DNA of 64,000 nt. It comes from Octopus vulgaris (taxonomy: Eukaryota). A program made the position numbers and the translations under genes. This document shows, in pieces, positions 63,699 to 64,000 of this stretch. The stretch lies in NCBI GenBank assembly GCA_951406725.2, contig OX597827.1, forward strand, positions 56,358,001 through 56,422,000, given 5' to 3'. The notes beneath the pieces are model-generated. The model was not told the origin of the DNA, did not search any database, and saw only the letters and a program-made list of their open reading frames with translations. Numbering within the stretch: position 1 is the first letter of the stretch; every line of letters begins with the position of its first letter.

Positions 63699-64000
63699 TA
63701 CTAGCAGTATCACCCGGCGTTGCTCAGGTTTGTTTCAACCCTTTAGAATTGGATTTTTTGAAAAGTAAAAATTTTGCATTATGTAGCTTGTTATTCTCTT
63801 TAAGTGAACATTTTTCTGGTTGAAATGCACCGAAAAATGGCGACACAGCAGTCAAAGAATCATAAAAAATAGGGATTTTCATAGAAAAAGAGCACCTTTG
63901 ATGTAAATAATGGTCCGATTCGAATTTTATCTTCTACAGAATGAAGAACAAGTCTTTGTCTATCATACTCTCAATTTTGGTCAACTTGCACCACAGGGTC
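63699..64000 (+). mobile_element. Possible Helitron/Helentron-like non-autonomous element start
   Basis: tactagcagtatcacccggcgttgctcagg resembles the ACTAG + short CCCG..CGGG hairpin terminus; the other end is not in the window. Confidence 0.35.

Overview
Repeat-rich, AT-rich animal genomic DNA. The abundant tRNA-headed SINEs and (TA)n/(CA)n microsatellites resemble those of octopus/coleoid cephalopods (inference from recall, not a database result). Three spliced protein-coding genes could be rebuilt by hand with GT-AG junctions in phase. (1) Minus strand: the first two exons of a DEK-C-domain gene (spp27/UAF30/SWIB-like; ATG 19307), probably continuing past the left edge. (2) Plus strand: a complete 3-exon HINT1-like gene (36007-42355, 128 aa) whose histidine triad reads YIHVH instead of HxHxH. 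(3) Minus strand: a complete 11-exon ACADSB (61035-43956, 450 aa), tail-to-tail with HINT1. The rest is mobile DNA: two mariner relics, a Gypsy relic with a 3' LTR, RTE LINE fragments (one with a PHD-like finger), Penelope-like elements (PLEs), several SINE families and MITEs. The most unusual signal is a set of hammerhead-ribozyme (HHR) motifs from at least five sequence-distinct elements, several embedded in (TA)n tracts. They include a perfect 132-bp palindrome encoding a complete hammerhead on each strand (27193-27324), a Penelope fragment with a tRNA-like Pol III box upstream of its HHR and a 10-bp target duplication, and a family with a variant CUGUUGA core. Exon coordinates were counted base by base; most repeat boundaries are approximate. 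No ribozyme activity or database identity has been tested.
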